Below are positions 1 to 12,202 of a stretch of DNA of 64,000 bases, in pieces. Source of the DNA: Octopus sinensis (lineage: Eukaryota); NCBI RefSeq assembly GCF_006345805.1, contig NC_043014.1:30814001-30878000 (forward strand), given 5' to 3'. How positions within the stretch are numbered: the stretch's first letter is position 1; each line of letters begins with the position of its first letter. The notes under the pieces are model-generated. The model was not told the origin of the DNA. It ran no database searches and was given only the letters and a program-made list of their open reading frames with translations. The translations under genes and the position numbers were made by a program.

Positions 1-1138
1 TGCAACCATACGAAAATAATGAAATCTCTCTTACTTATTCCAGCATCATTTTTATTGATCAAGGTGAGTTGAAAGGTTAAGTTGACCTCCGCTTGAGTTA
101 AATATAGAAAGTAAGCTATCAGACAGTTCTACAATTACAGTTCTAGACCAGTTCTGTTTCTATCACTGGTCTATTGTTCTTCTGCATTGTCCTGGATGTT
201 TTTGACAAACATCACTGTTCAGCAAACTGGTCTGCATTGACTATGTTATTGCTAAAGTTAGGTCTTAAAAATTGTGTAGTCTTAGTAATTTACACAGAAA
301 GGAGTTGACTTATGTACATAGAAGCTACTTCTCTGATTGGACTGCAACTCAAAAAAGTATGTGGGAAGAATGAGTTCAAATCATAAAATCCAGATGGCTT
401 ATCTCGATCTTAATGTAAATGTATTAGAGGAAGACAGACAAAAAGCAATCAGTCACAGAAAGCTTTGATGTGTATGAAGAACATTGTCATGGCAACATGG
501 TGTTACAATATCTTAGTTAATTTACAAAACAGAAAATGAGATAAGAATCAGTTGCAAAGAAGGAATTTTATGCATTATCCTGTATCAAGTATAAAGTCTG
601 TCAGATAGAAAAAACTGAATATATATTTGAGGAAAGAAAGAAGCTATACTTAATGTTAAAGAGTTTTGCAAAGTTGAAAGTATAATCATATACTAAACTT
701 GCTAAAGTGATAGCAACTGATGAAATAAATATACATAACTGTATATTTGTAGGTGTATATACATATATATAGAGAGAGGTTTATATTGGAAACTGTTATT
801 CTCATGAGACATGAACATTTACAAAAAGAAGGTGTTAGAGTGTTATATTTCAAGTAACTGGAAACCAGTAAGTCCAGCCTGAACTGTTAGATGTGAGACA
901 AAAATGCTGAGTAAACTGCTAAATTGAAGGAAACCAAAGGTAGTAATGTGGGACTATAGCAATGAATCACTTGTTGAATTGCAGCACAAACACCAAATAA
1001 GATTATCCCTTTCTGTTTCATTACATAATTACAATAATTATTTTACTTAAGCAGTTAATAAATGCAGGAAAATTTTCTCAACTTTCAGGGTTGTGGTTGT
1101 ACAGTAAGAAATTCGCTTCCCAGCCACATGGTTCTCTA

Positions 1139-1176
<38 letters not shown>

Positions 1177-1179
1177 CAT

Positions 1180-1537
1180 GGTGGCACTCCATCGGTTACA
1201 ATGATGAGGGTTCAAGTTCAATGGAACAGCCTGCTCGTGAAATTAACATACAAGTGGCTGAGCACTCCACAGACATGTGTACCCTTAATGTAGTTCTCGG
1301 GGAGATTCAGCGTGACAAGGCTGGCCCTTTGAAATACAGGTACAGCAGAAAGAGAAAGAAAGAGTGAGAGAAAGTTGTCGTGAAAGAGTACAGCAGGGTT
1401 GCCCCCCCCCACTGCCGGAGCCTCGTGGAGCTTTAGGTGTTTTTGCTCAATAGACACAACACCTGGTCTAGGAATCGAAACTGCAATCCTACAACCACAA
1501 GTCCGCTGCCCTAACCACTGGGCCATTGCGCCTCCAT
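1180..1537 (-). mobile_element. tRNA-derived SINE
   Basis: Minus-strand head GGAGGCGCAATGGCCCAGTGGTTAGGG (A box) and GTTTCGATTCC (B box), followed by a GC-rich body. Confidence 0.75.
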
Positions 1538-1551
1538 TGTTTATATATATA

Positions 1552-1928
1552 CACTTGCGTCAGAAATTAATTAGCACTTCTCAAATTTCTACATTAAATA
1601 GGTTAAATCAATTAACCTATGAGCTGTTCAAAACGTCTTACGCAATGAGAAAACTTAGTATGGTCTGATTTCGGTCCTTGCGAGGCGCTACCTATATCTA
1701 TTAAACAAAGGAAGATTTGTCTGCATCCGCACTCCAATTTGTTGCACTGCTATGTCAACATCATAAGGCTGTAGACTCTCAAACTGCTCTGCAAACAAAG
1801 TTACATCATCGTTCTGCGCAACAGTGAACTCGAAACAAAGCAATAGTTCGAGATATGGCCACTAGGTGACAGCACATACCTTGAGTGAAGAGCAAATCAA
1901 GGGTGCTAATTAATTTCTGACAGTAGTG
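1552..1928. mobile_element. Tc1/mariner-type MITE
   Basis: TIRs CACTTGCGTCAGAAATTAATTAGCAC and GTGCTAATTAATTTCTGACAGTAGTG, flanked by TA on both sides. No ORF. Confidence 0.85.
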
Positions 1929-3434
1929 TATATATATATATAAACACACCCACACCAACATCAGTTGTCAAGCAGTAGTGGGGACAAATACATACATACA
2001 CTATAGCTTTGTGAGTGGATGTGGTAGACAGAAACTGAAAGAATCTCATCAAATATATATATATGTGTGTGTCTTTGTGTATGTGTTTGTCTCCCACCAC
2101 TGCTTGACAACTGGTGCTGGCGTGTTTATGTCCCCACCACATAGTGGTTCAGCAAAAGAGACCAATAGAATAAGTACCAGACTTTACAAAAAAAAAAAAA
2201 AAGAACAGGGGTTGATTCGTTTGACTAACATTCTTCATGGCAGTAACCCAGCATGTCCTCAGTTTTATGATGGAAACAAGAAATAAAAGATATACGTTCA
2301 GACATAGTTGAGCATTTAAGAAGTTTCCTGTGCAACCACATGGTTTTGAGTATGAACCCACTATTACTGTGGCCTTAGTTTGCCCAACACCATAGGTATG
2401 AAATTTCACAGATGGTAACTGTGCAGAAGCCTGCTCTATATGTGTATATTGGTAAGGAATTACCAATAAATTAGTTCATAAAACAAAAGTGTCTTATGGA
2501 ATCTATTCAATACAAGTTGCTTCCTTTTGTGAGGAAGAGAAATTAACTATTCCATAGAGATTGATAAATTAAATTCCAGACAATGTACTGGGTTCAATAT
2601 AATTGACTAAACTACCTTGAAGATGATGCCCCAACAAACAGCAGTTACAAGACTGAAAATAGTGAAAGCATGATATATTATGTTGTGGTTGCATGCGTCT
2701 TGCTCAACTAACAATAATTTTCATCAATATTTGACAGAAGTTATTTTGTCACGAACTGGTATAATTTAGAAAAACTATAAAATATATTTCAGATAAATTT
2801 AAAAAAAAAGGATTTTTCTTTTGTTTTACTGAGTAATAATTGATTAAACGTTTGGATTTATTAGCACCAGTTGTTTCTGTCAAGAAACCAGAGGAAATGA
2901 TCTAGAAATCACAGACAAAACAAGTTGGAAATTATGCTTTAAGTGTTTTTTATGGTTTCATCAGAGGAGAAAAGGCCAACACTTCTGTCTTTTTTTACCT
3001 TTTGTCAGGGTCTCCAGGACTGACTGGGGAAAGGTAGAAAGTTATCTTAAGACTGGAGATCAGGTATAGATGCTTGCAACAGAATGAACACCACTAAAGA
3101 CACCCATGGCCCAAGAGGTTATGTTAAATTGGGTGACAGATTAAGTCTGCCACCCCAAAACAGGAATTTTTGCGGTTTCTAACAAACTTCACTCACAAGT
3201 CTTTGGTTGATACAACACTATGGTAGATGAGACTTATTCAAGATGCTACACAGTAAAATTAAACCAAAAGCTACCTATTTGTGAAGTAAACATTTTAATC
3301 ACATATCATGGTAGATGAAGGAACATTGGTAGGGATGCACAACAAACCTTCAATGGTGTCAAAATGACCCAGCAATGTCATCATAATCTAATTCTTCCAG
3401 GTTAAAACAGAGAAAGTATGCAGTTTTAATAGAC

Positions 3435-3560
3435 TGTTGTCCATAAATAAAGAATTTGGTTGACATGACAATAAATATCATGTTGTCAAGTCCATATGTT
3501 TGTCTTAGTTCACAAGTAGGCCATACATAAATCTTTACTTTAAACAGGGCAAACAGTTGA
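3435..3560 (-). ncRNA. Weak candidate H/ACA-like RNA upstream of a possible small exon (~3348-3388)
   Basis: H box AGACAA, hairpin cata/tatg with ttgaca/tgtcaa, then ACA+3 nt. Followed by a pyrimidine tract, an AG and a GAAG|gtttgt donor. Confidence 0.25.
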
Positions 3561-3883
3561 AAAGGTAACATTTGCTTCAACTTCTAAATAATGGTAATGT
3601 CCAAACTAGTTATTATTTCCATGTCTTGAATTTTGTCTGATTAATAAACCAGGTTTTTTTGTTTTTTAAAAAAAACCTTTAATCCATGGTCCATTACTGG
3701 TATGCATTTAGGAATTATTTTTATTTTTATTCATGGATGTGATCCTACATGATTCTTGGGTTGGTGATTTTAAATATCTAAACCATTTTGCTCTATCACA
3801 TAAAGCTTTTTAATAAAATACAAATTAATGATAATAAAAAAAATGTGAACTTTTAATGAATTCTTACTTTATTAAAATGAAAA

Positions 3884-4533
3884 ATGACTAGTGACTGAGA
3901 CTTTTGGAAATATGTTGTGCTTGAGAAGATCCGGCAAGCCAAATGAGATCATAACCAGTGGCCTATGCCAGGGGTGTAACTAGCCCACTTATGCGTACCT
4001 TTCCTTCAGTGGACACTAAACTCTGCTTGCGAAGACCTGTTGAAGCAAGTGAAATTGAAATCAAATTTGATGACTGGCATCCGAGCTAGTGTAGCGCTAA
4101 GAGCACCATCCGAGCATGATCATTGCCAGAGCAGCTAACTGGCTTCCATGCCGGTGGCATGTAAAAAGCACCATTCGAGCATGATTGTTACCAGCATTGC
4201 CATATCGGCATTTGTGCCAGTGGCACATGAAAAAACATTTGAGCAGGGTAATTGCCAGTGCTGCTGGACTGCCTCCTGTGCAGGTGGCACATAAAAAAAC
4301 ACCATTTGAGCGTGGCCATTGCCAGTACTGCCTGACTGGCCCTTGTGCCAGTGGCACATAAAAGCACCCACTACACTGTTGGAGTGGTTGGCGTTAGAAA
4401 TGACATGCAGCTGTAGAAACTCTGCCAGATCAAGACTGGAGCCTGGTGTAGCCATCTGGTTTGCCAGTCCTCAGTCAAATCGTCCAACCCATGCTAGCAT
4501 GGAAAGCGGATGTTAAACGATGATGGTGATAAT
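3884..4533 (+). mobile_element. RTE LINE 3' end with long GC-rich repeated 3'UTR and (GAT)n tail
   Basis: Begins with a degenerate ORF end (MTSD..FWKYVVLEKIRQAK*) resembling the RTE C-terminus at 21813-21880. Internal ~60-70 bp subrepeats contain GTGCCAGTGGCAC. Ends aaacgatgatggtgat. Related copies at 7195-7480, 24512-25100 and 26558-27117. Confidence 0.8.
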
Positions 4534-4669
4534 GAGACAAGTAACCATGGAAAAGTATATTCTGCTAGTTTTAAGGACATATGTATTCCAAATCAACATG
4601 AAATGAATAATGAATCATCAACATCAGATCAAATGAATGTTAAAAAAATATATGCTCCTAATGGTTGAT

Positions 4670-6535
4670 TCAAATGAAAGAGGACCGCTTTGAATTTCGC
4701 TTGTGTTGTACATCTAGGCCATCACATGTCAATGACGAGCAGTAATCCACCATCATGCTGACATTCCATTTGCCCTGGTATTGAGTTTCCATGGTGCAAA
4801 TATCCTGATGGAACCACTCTCCTTGTTCCTCACTGTAGTTTCCACAATTCACGGGGAAATAGTTAAGATGTGAGTGCAAAAACTGCAGCTTGACACTCAT
4901 TCTAGACCCAAGTTGCTGGAAACTTGAAATCAGGTCTTGGATCACTTTTTCATATTCTGGGGAGTGGCTATTTCTCAAGAAGCTTTGGACCATCTGCTTG
5001 AAAGCAAACCAGGCATTCACCTCAATACCCGTTAATGCTTCTTCAAAATGCTTGTCTTTCATCAATTCCCTAATCTGATGGCCAATAAAAATTCCTGCCT
5101 TTAGCTTGCCTCTACTTATACAAGGAAACTTTGACTCCAGGTCCTTGAAAGCAGCTCCATTCTTGTTCAGAGCCTTCACAAAATTTTTCATAAGCCCTAA
5201 TTCAATATGGAGTAGTGGCAGCAGAATTTTCTTGGAGTCAACTTGTGGCACAGCTTTCCCATGATTTCTGCATAAGAAACTGGTTCTTGGTGGTCAGTCT
5301 TTTTTTCATAGTGCTGGCTGTCTGCTCTACTACTCCAAAGACAAAGGAAACAGGGATACTCAGTGTATCGTCTTTAAATATCTAGTAGTAGAGCAATAAC
5401 TTTTAAATCACTAGAAATGAGAAAATTGTGATTATAGTACTTGATGACAGTTATTAATGTCTTCATATTTTCATAAGTTTCTTACGTTTGGACACTGTGG
5501 ACAATTGACACAGATGCAGCTGTGTTGCCACTGTAGAGATGAACAGCTTTTAAACTTCTGTTAGAAGAATCAACAAAGAGCCTCCGTTCATCTACTCTGT
5601 ATGACATCCCATGTGTTTAATAAGGCTAGAAATATTTGAACAGTAAACTAAAGAATCCTGTTTCTCAAAGAACTGAGTGAATTCCGCTTCACAATGATGG
5701 CACCAAGCAAATGTTCCAGGAACTAGAAACATGTGTCCCTTCAGTCTAGGTCTAGAGTAAAGTAACTGTGCACTTTCTTTTGGAAGGTTAACCCTTTCAT
5801 TACTGAATTTATTTTGAGATGCTCTGTGTTTCTCTCAGTTTTAGAATTTAGTAAAATAACTTAGTTATCATTAAGCTAGTGTTAGGAACATTAATTGTGA
5901 GTAAGGTTTGGTGGAAGATTTTAATACAAAACTTATGAAAACAAGACATTTGTACTCAGAGCCAGAGCCGGTTTCAGCCGGGTTGGTAACGAAAGGGTTA
6001 AGGTCTCTCACCAAGTCACTTAGCTCAACTTGGTTGAAAAGTTTGGGACCATCATTTGTTGGTGGTTCATAGTTTACTTCTATCTCTTTAGTATCACTAA
6101 TATCAGACTCTGATGAAATTTTCCATGTCTTAGATGGCACAGGTACAGGAATATCATCTGAGTGTGGAACAAGCCTTATTGCTGATAGAATATTTAGGTA
6201 TATAATGTGATCCTTAGTCTTCTTGTTGAATCCAGCTACTTTAGTCATACAGAAGTAGCAGTCGTCATGGTTGTTCATCTGCTTTCACCATACCATTGTA
6301 CTCCAAAGGGTATACATTTCAGTTTTCCAACTGACCACATTTAGAGCTTACTAATGCAACTCTTGTAAGCTCTGTGAGGTCCAAATACTTTGTCTTGGTC
6401 TCTCACCTTGCAGTCAAAATAAGCTAAATAGCAGCACTTCAACAAAGGAGTAATATTGCTCAGGGAATCTGAAGGGGTAAATTACCTGCAGACATAGCAA
6501 AATATGGCTGGTGAATTTATGCAGCCTCTAGATAT
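4670..6535 (-). pseudogene. Degenerate Chapaev3-like DNA transposase
   Basis: Fragments in order: SRGCINSPAIFCYVC, NHDDCYFC..YLNILSAIRLVPHS, DLVRDLNLPKESAQLL, LLPLLHIELGLMKNFVKAL, FLHSHLNYFP..SEEQGEWFHQDI..YQGKWNVSMMVDYC. These match my recollection of the Chapaev3 (CMC) transposase family. Many stops and frameshifts. Non-coding ends probably extend to ~3700 and ~6750. Confidence 0.75.
5792..5997. mobile_element. piggyBac-type MITE inserted in the transposase
   Basis: TTAA at 5788-5791 and 5998-6001, TIRs CCCTTTCATTAC and GTAACGAAAGGG. Removing it restores DLVRDLN-LPKESAQLL in frame. Confidence 0.9.
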
Positions 6536-7194
6536 TTTCACTAAAAAAAAAAAAATTAGTTTTATATTTAAGTCAATATACGGTAAGCATTTGCATAGTA
6601 ATATACGTTATTGTAAGCATTGCTAATATACATTATCATTTACGTATGTGATACAAAGAGAAAAGTAACGTTTCTGTAGAACTTGATGTAAAAGAGATGA
6701 ATAGAAAACACTTTGAATCACTATTTTTTATATGTATTTTGAAAAAGATACCATACAGCCAATAAAAAAAATCATGCAGACCTGTGTTATCAACCTGCAC
6801 CCTCTTTTTATCGCTTCTTACCCTTATTTCAACAGAATTTGTTGGTTGCCCTTATTTCCACTTCAAACTTAGTTGCACAAAATCACAGGTACTCCTTCGT
6901 TCCAAGGATTATCATCCTGTAGAATTCCTTTTGCCTTTCTCACATTCCATATTTCCAGTTCTTCATCAACTCACATCTATTGACTTCAGATCAGTACTTC
7001 CATGAACTATGGTGAGTGTTCTCACAAGCTATTCCCCTCCTCCTATATGGAAATACACACACATGCTTGTGTACACAGGCACATGACAAATATGCCTCTA
7101 GCTCATGTCAAACAAGAATGGTGAATTGATTTGCTAGAGTTAACAATCAAATCAGCTTCAAATCACACCCTAACATATTTAAAAAGGAGGGAGA

Positions 7195-7482
7195 CATCAT
7201 CATCATTGTTTAACGTCCGCTTTCCATGCTAGCATGGGTTGGACGATTTGACTGAGGTCTGGCAAACCAGATGGCTGCACCAGACTCCAATCTGATCTGG
7301 CAGAGTTTCTACAGCTGGATGCCCTTCCTAACGCCAACCACTCTGAGAGTGTAGTGGGTGCTTTTACGTGCCACTGGCATGAGGGTCAGTTAGGTGGTAT
7401 TGGCAATGGCCACGCTCAAATGGTGCTTTTTATGTGCCACCTGCACAGGAGCCAGTCCAGCAGCACTGGCAATGACCTCGCT
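7195..7482 (-). mobile_element. Truncated RTE 3'UTR copy
   Basis: Reverse complement of ~4250-4530, including a catcatcatcat tail. Confidence 0.8.
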
Positions 7483-8061
7483 CAATTTTTTTGTTTTTTT
7501 AAAAAAAACAAAAAAGGTAAAAGAGCCATCCTCAGGAAAATGTAGTCCTGGATACACTACATTTTGAAAAATGTGATGACTACAGCTCAATTAGAGTTGA
7601 CTCAGGGTTAAACAACAACATGCACTAACTCAAAAATTCAAACACACAGCATAACTTAGTTTTACATGGTTTACTAAAGTTACCATTTTTTAAAGAAATG
7701 ACATGGCAGTGAATTCAATTACTTGTTATAAAAACCAGAGAAATGTTCTTAAACCTTTAATCTGAATCTAGAGAGACTGTCTGATGTGGTTTAAGCCCTG
7801 ATTAACCATATTCAAGCAAACATATGCTCTAACTATGACACACCACCCAGACATAGAGTTCTTGAGAAAACATTATCTAATTGTTTTGTCTTCTTTTATA
7901 AAGCAGAATGGTTTATAGACATATTGTATCAGTTACAGGACTCAACTGATGCTGTATTTTTATCTATCTTGAAAGGATGAAAGGTAGAGCTGACTTCAGT
8001 GGCATTTGAATTCAGTATATGAAAAAGAGAAAAAAACAAACTATCAATAAATAGCATAAGA

Positions 8062-8480
8062 CGTAGGAGTGGCTGTGTGGTAAGTAGCTTGCTTACTAAC
8101 CACATGGTTCTGGGATCAGTCCCATTGCGTGGCACTTTGGGCAAGTGTCTTCTACTATTGCTTCGAGCTGACTAAAGCCTTGCGAGTGGATTTGGTAGAC
8201 AGAAACTGAAAGAAGCTCATCGTATATATGTTTATATATATGTGTGTGTGTGTGTATATATGTTCGTGTATCTGTGTTTGTCCCCCAACATCGCTTGACA
8301 ACCGATGCTGGTGTGTTTACGTCCCAGTAATCTAGCGGTTCGGCAAAAGTGACTGATAGAATAAGTACTAGGCTTACAAAGAATAAGTCCTGGGGTCGAT
8401 TTGCTCGACTAAAGGTGGTGCTCCAGCATGGCTAGAGTCAAATGACTACAACAAGTAAAAGAGTAAAATAGTAAAGAGTA
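8062..8480 (+). mobile_element. Abundant octopus tRNA-derived SINE (head, microsatellite, conserved body, AAAAGAGT tail)
   Basis: GGAGTGGCTGTGTGGTAAG...GGGATCAGTCCC head and GAATAAGTCCTGGGGTCGATTTG...GCTCCAGCATGG body. Homologous copies at ~1990-2290, 23940-24295, 30195-30590(-), 30733-31130, 38545-38915(-), 41200-41605(-), 50640-50900, 54590-54940, 56165-56525(-) and 59460-59770(-). Confidence 0.9.
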
Positions 8481-8589
8481 AGTATTTTGTACAACACTAA
8501 TGATTACCAATTTGAATGTAATTTGATTCCCACATCTAGCAGCTTGAGCTACTTTATGGAGACTCCCTCAATATAAACAAGACACCAAG

Positions 8590-9185
8590 AAGACAACCCA
8601 AACACTCAGTCTGCAAGAATATCAGCCAAATTTCCCACGAATCCTTTAATGTCAGCTTAAAAAAAAATGGAAGAATATATTAGATAATGTTGTTCTATAT
8701 ACATGTATAAAAGACAGGATGGTTATGGGCTGGAATTCCCTCACTTATAGGTTTATGCGATTAGGCCTAACAAGAGACTAAGCAAGAACTCGAGAGTCTC
8801 AAACCAAGGAAGGAACCTCTACGTCGTCGCTTGAACAGCTAGAAATAGCAGCCAGGTTTCGTTCAAATCATTTTAAAGAGGATACGATATGTAATGTAGT
8901 CCTAGATATATTAAGTTTGAATAAAAAGACGAGATGGTCACGGTTGTAATGCATCTGGTCATATGTCGACTTGATTAGGGTTGAGCAAGAGCTAAGCAAC
9001 CGCAACAGGAACCCTTCAGCTGGTCACTCAAACAGCCAAGATAGCACCCATATCACGCTCGACTGCATTTTAAAAGGACACATTAGAAAATGTAGTCCTA
9101 GATATATATTAAGTCTGAATCGAAGACGAAATGGCCAAGTTTGGAATATCTTTGATCATAAGTCTAACTCAATCTAGATCAAACC
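8590..9185 (+). repeat. Three tandem diverged copies of a ~190-bp dispersed repeat
   Basis: Recurring motif CTAGAAATAGCAGCCAAAT...GATAATGTAGTCCTAGAT...GATGGTCA..GGAAT..CTTTGATCATAGG...CTGACCTGGGGCTAA. Also at 10190-10370, 14700-15240 (x3), 10980-11180(-), 19000-19180(-), 40370-40600(-), 45030-45190 and 46160-46350. Confidence 0.7.
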
Positions 9186-9623
9186 CTCTACGTAAAAAAA
9201 TAATAAAAAATCTTTTATAACAATTGTTAGAAAAACCAAAGAACACCCGACAAGCAGGCGTGAATTGAGATAGCAGACTTGCGTAGAAATACATACGCTG
9301 ATAACTGTGATCGCGATTGCGACTGATTAAAATTAAACTGCAAAGAATAAAATGAGAACAAGAATCAAGATCGGTGGTAAGGCTTCAAACTCATTCAGTT
9401 ATCACATTCGAATCTACAGCATTGATATTTTCAACGACCTAACTACTTAGACAAAATATCCAGGTGATGTTTAAGTTTTAGTAACAGACCCAAAAGGTGG
9501 TTAACTCACACTTCAAGGATCGGCTGCTAAATGGAAAATTTCTATTTTCCCAATAGGTTAATTCTTTCCCAACAATTTGCTAATTTAGTCGCAAAAATGT
9601 TTTTACTTCATAGCGAGTGACAA

Positions 9624-9764
9624 AACTGTTAATTTAGTTCAATACAAGCGTAGTAGAAAAGCCAAGTTGCACCTTGTAATAAATCTAATTCTTAGATATG
9701 AATTCTATAGTGTGAGAACAGGAACTCCTAACTTGGACAGATCGACCGAAAGAGGCAGCTATGG
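9624..9764 (-). ncRNA. Candidate intronic box H/ACA snoRNA
   Basis: 5' hairpin closed by atag/ctat, H-like ATAGAA, 3' hairpin (aattag/ctaaatt base, tacaag/cttgta upper stem ending 13 nt before ACA), ACA+3 nt. About 140 nt, inside intron 9527-9954. Confidence 0.5.
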
Positions 9765-10388
9765 TTTTGTTTTTCGAAGGATCACAAAAGGCTGGAGGAC
9801 TTAACAGCATTTTTTTTCACGTCTGTATCAATCATTCGAGAACATAAAAACCACACTTTCCATTCGTGATTTTTAAAACGGCAGAATAAGTGAAATATAT
9901 ATATATATATATTTATTATAAATATGAGTCTTACTAGTCATTCGGCCATCTTACCTGGGAGCTATTCAACAACGTCTCCAGGTTATTACATAACGAATCC
10001 GTCAAAATGTGTTTTAGTTTTATAACTAACGTTTTCTTGTAACGAAAACAATGCTACAGGTTTCTAGGAAATGATAAACGAAAAGAAAGTTATCCCTGTT
10101 GCACAAGTGAAATGAAATGCTTACAATTTGGGAAAAGAAACCTAACTGCAAACTCAGGATCTCTATGAGTTTTATTCACAAGACGGAGCCTCTGAGTAGG
10201 TGCTCGGCTTACTAAAAATATCAGCCAAAGCTTCCTTTAAATAATACTCTGCATTAGATAATGTGGACACAGATGCACTGTGCATAGAAAAAGCAAGGAG
10301 GATCACGGCTGGAATGCCTTCGATCATAGGCCTGCTCCATCAGGGCTGACCTGGGTCTAAGCAGCAGCAACGCACGTCTTTATAAAAT

Positions 10389-10742
10389 AACTAGCAGTAT
10401 CGCCCGGCATTGCTCGGGTTTGTTTCGAGCCTTTAGAATTGTAATGTTTGAAAAGTAAAAATTTCGCATTATGTAGTTTGTTATTTATTCTCTTTAAGTG
10501 AACATTTTTCTGGTTGAAATACACCGAAAAATGGCGACACAGCAGTAAAAAAAATCGTAAAAAATAGGGATTTTCATAGAAAAAAAGCACCTTTTTGATG
10601 TAAATAATTTTTGGTGTTAACATGGTCCGATTTGAATTTTTTCTTCTACGGAAGGAAGAGCAGGGTCTCGGAGGAGATAGTGTTAGTTGAAGGCTACCAA
10701 ACCTGCCATACACAGACAACTTCAGCTTTATATATATTAGAT
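10389..10742 (+). mobile_element. Non-autonomous Helitron/Helentron-like element
   Basis: Starts ACTAGCAGTATCGCCCGGCATTGCTCGGG (subterminal hairpin) and ends ACAGACAACTTCAGCTTTATATATATTAGAT, the architecture of Lep1/DINE-like elements. A related end occurs in reverse at ~21540-21780. Confidence 0.55.
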
Positions 10743-11368
10743 GATGATTTATATCTAAGGTTAGTATAGGGATTGAATCGATCTAGAATGATATTGGTGC
10801 GAGAGGGACAAATAGACGACTGAGTATTATTAATTAAAAAACGAAACAAAAAAGGAAGCATATAGTTGGGAAGCAAACTTCTCAATGACATAGCCATAAA
10901 GGCTATCTTTCTTTTTAACCAATCTTGACATTATGGAATGTTAATCAACTGGGCTGTTCTCTCTTCTAGGGAGAGGTTAGCCTGTCCCTGGGTTGTCATA
11001 GAGAACAATCCTGATCGAAAACACATTAGATCAAAGACATTCCAGGCATGACCATTTCATTTCATTTATATCGGACTACGTTATCTAACATGCCATTTTT
11101 TAAAAGACGGGTAAGGTGTGATTTGAGATTTGGTTGCTATGTCTAACAGGTCGAACGATCACGTAGTTTTCTTCGTTGACTCGAATTTTTTTAGCGTAGG
11201 TGTGGAATGAAACCAGATTGTCTGGTTATGCAATAAATATATCGATCAGACTGACCGAGCTAAAGAGACAAATAACTATGATTACAATGGACCGACCACA
11301 AAATAGTTAATAAATCGTATTCTCTTGACCAGACAGGTCACAGCCTGTAGATATTGATTCTTTAGTTT

Positions 11369-11483
11369 TGATGTTTACCAAGAGATAGGGACGTGTGTTC
11401 CTGCTATCCATCATCAAAGTCGGTTACAACTGTCTTACTAACCGCAGGTTACAACTCAGTCCTTAAGTTTCTGACAGTAAGCC
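11369..11483 (-). ncRNA. Candidate intronic H/ACA-like RNA (non-canonical H box)
   Basis: Two hairpins (cttact/agtaag; accga/ttggt with ggatag/ctatct and gga/tcc) and ACA+3 nt at 11374-11372, about 25 nt before acceptor ctacag at 11345. The hinge reads AGACAG rather than ANANNA. Confidence 0.4.
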
Positions 11484-11931
11484 AAATAAATGCAGAGAGA
11501 TAAGTAGATATTCGACTCATTAAAACAATGTTTCGCAATAAAATTAACGACAAAGAAAGTTTTGTTTTTCCTTTTTTTTTTTTTTTTTTAATGAAACAGT
11601 TTTCTTCCACCCATTACATACCGTCTCTTACTCATTCAACATAGACCTTCTTCCCAACTATAGATGACCAGCAACTCATGCGCAGACACACATACGGAAA
11701 AATCGAAAGAATAGTTCTTGAAAATGAAATTCTTATTAGTATGTTCAGGAAAAATCTGTTTATAAACCGTTGAAATGTGCGCTTATCAATCTGTATTTGT
11801 TAAGGTTTAGCGAAAACTGTATTACAGATTAAAGAGACAATATATATATATATATAAACAAAAAAAACGAAAGCGAACTGACTCTGACAGAATAGTCTTA
11901 AGCCCAGTATTACATTCCTGAGACATATTAA

Positions 11932-12202
11932 CCCTTTCAATGTCACGTCAGCCTGGTAAGCATGTTTTGAACATCTGTCTTACAGCTAAGGCTAGATTAT
12001 AGTGGCAGCAAAGTGGTTGAGTGTCGATAGCTGATATATTTAACTGGTTCCAAACCTCGATATCTGTTCGAGCATCGATACTCCGCCCCTCATTTTCACC
12101 TCTATCTCAACTTATCCGAAGACAACATGATTTCATGTAATGAAGAACACTGCCATGCAGTAGTAACCGCCGTCACTACTGAGAAATATCGACTGGAAAG
12201 GG
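11932..12202. mobile_element. Second piggyBac-type MITE
   Basis: TTAA-CCCTTTC ... GAAAGGG-TTAA termini. The interior is unrelated to 5792-5997. Confidence 0.7.

Noticed and set aside
230-730. Purine-rich stretch that might be a very old transposase remnant
   Set aside because: Stops in all frames and no motif I could identify.
4090-4375. Spaced repeats with hairpins superficially resembling a CRISPR array
   Set aside because: Eukaryotic context, no cas genes, homologous 'spacers', and the block is part of a multicopy RTE 3'UTR.
9730-9770. AAACCAT and TCTGTCCAAGT resembling U17/SNORA73 motifs
   Set aside because: The motif order is wrong and m1 (ATATTCCTA) is absent.
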